Shown here piece by piece: positions 47,353 through 48,491 of a stretch of 48,491 nt of DNA. The notes under the pieces are model-generated. The model searched no databases. It was not told where the DNA came from and saw only the letters and a program-made list of their open reading frames with translations. Each line of letters opens with the position of its first letter. Within the stretch, counting starts at the first letter, position 1. Origin of the DNA: Candidatus Helarchaeota archaeon (lineage in GTDB: Archaea; Asgardarchaeota; Lokiarchaeia; Helarchaeales; RDOG01). The position numbers were made by a program, and so were the translations under genes. The stretch spans positions 1 to 48,491 of the forward strand of contig JALGVI010000043.1 in assembly GCA_029838215.1 (NCBI GenBank), given 5' to 3'.

Positions 47353-48491
47353 ATGAAAAAAGTAACCTGCATTGGAGGAGAAGGGATTGGTGTTGAAGTC
47401 GTCAATGCAACCATTGAATTGATCGAAGGAATGGCTCTCCCTGGTGTCGAGCTCATCAAGCAACAAGTCGGTGAAGCGGCAGAATACAAGCATGGTAAAG
47501 GAGTCGTGTTTCCTGATGAAGTTAAAGAATCCATCCAATCATCCGATGCTGTATTGTTTGGAGCTGCCTATAAAAAATCAAAAGAAGTCCTCCACTATCT
47601 TCGCTTCGACCTTGATAACTATGCACATCTCCGCCCTTGTAAGTATTATGAAGGATTGTCAAGCCCTCTTGCAGACCCTTCACAACTGGACATCCTATTC
47701 GTTCGAGAAGGAATGGAATCCTTATACGCAGCATTAAGAATAGGCGAAGGCACCCTTGAAGAGCTTTATGATAAAAACGTGCTTTCCAGAACGGGCAAGG
47801 AATGGGAAAAAGGAGGAAATTATGCTCTAAAAATAGTTTCTGAATATAATTGCAAGCGCATTGCAAGATTCGCCTGTGAACAAACCGTGAGGCGAAAAAA
47901 GAGAGGTCATCGAGGACGTCTTACAATAGTTCACAAGGCAAACGTGCTACCGAAGACAGATGGTTACTTCCGGCAAATCGCATACGAAGTTGCAGCAAGA
48001 TATAGAAAGGAAGAAGGCATCCTGATCAACGATTACTTCGTCGACGATATGGCAAGACGTATTGTTAAATTCCCAGAACAACAAGATGTCCTCCTGTGTT
48101 TAAACGAGTATGGAGACATTCTAAGTGACATGACGGCAGAACTGGCTGGTGGAATAGGGTTGGCTCCTTCGGGTTGTTTCGGAGGTAAGATACCCTATTT
48201 CGAACCGATTCATGGCTCGGCTCCAGATATCGCAGGAATGAACATCTCCAATCCCATCGCAACAATCCTCTCGGCAAAAATGATGCTTGACTACTTACAA
48301 TTTAAAAAAGAAGCCACGATGCTCGAAGAAGCCGTGCGCGAGTATTTCCTACTCGCGAAAGATCCCAAAAAAAATTGGATTTTTCTGCCTCGGGACCTCG
48401 TCCCCCCTGATTTTCAGTCAAGTAAAAAATTCTGCCACACCAGAGATGTCGCACGTAAAGTCCTGAAAATTTATCACGATTTAATCGATGT
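47353..48491 (+). CDS. Second isopropylmalate/homoisocitrate-family dehydrogenase, 3'-truncated by the window edge (not in ORF track)
   Basis: Hand translation from ATG 47353: MKKVTCIGGEGIGVEVV..., [55 protein letters not shown]. No stop before 48491. Confidence 0.92.
   Translation, partial: MKKVTCIGGEGIGVEVVNATIELIEGMALPGVELIKQQVGEAAEYKHGKGVVFPDEVKESIQSSDAVLFGAAYKKSKEVLHYLRFDLDNYAHLRPCKYYEGLSSPLADPSQLDILFVREGMESLYAALRIGEGTLEELYDKNVLSRTGKEWEKGGNYALKIVSEYNCKRIARFACEQTVRRKKRGHRGRLTIVHKANVLPKTDGYFRQIAYEVAARYRKEEGILINDYFVDDMARRIVKFPEQQDVLLCLNEYGDILSDMTAELAGGIGLAPSGCFGGKIPYFEPIHGSAPDIAGMNISNPIATILSAKMMLDYLQFKKEATMLEEAVREYFLLAKDPKKNWIFLPRDLVPPDFQSSKKFCHTRDVARKVLKIYHDLID

Noticed and set aside
1-48491. 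tRNA/rRNA genes, CRISPR arrays, transposases/integrases, defence systems
   Set aside because: None recognised by manual reading of intergenic regions and ORFs; tRNAscan-SE and cmscan were not run.

Overview
AT-rich archaeal chromosomal segment, most likely from an Asgard archaeon (Lokiarchaeia-like). This is inferred from archaeal housekeeping genes (RadB, TopA, Rqc2, MptE), GAGGTG/AGGTGA ribosome-binding sites and several eukaryote-signature-like proteins: OSTC/DC2-like, RAB5IF/EMC6-like, single-domain gelsolin, Roadblock/LC7 and longin-like. About 42 CDS were found; no tRNA, rRNA, CRISPR array or mobile element was seen. Two recoding signals are invisible in the ORF track. (1) A beta-grasp (MoaD/ubiquitin-like) gene at 41416 ends in GGA-TGT-TGA-TGA, continues in frame for 34 protein-like codons and runs directly into a eukaryote-type SECIS-like kink-turn hairpin (41848-41892). 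This suggests an apparently new selenoprotein with a Cys-Sec-Sec motif. (2) A ChlD/ChlI-type chelatase gene has an A11 run between its AAA+ and vWA domains, with stops immediately in both shifted frames, suggesting two subunits from one gene. Also notable: a 2501-aa membrane-anchored surface protein with about four (alpha/alpha)-barrel modules, a divergent B12-dependent acyl-CoA mutase, a roadblock/gelsolin cluster with Pro-rich linkers, and three ORFs missed by the track (3566-3667, 9547-9705, 47353-end). All family assignments are by eye from motifs; no database search was run.
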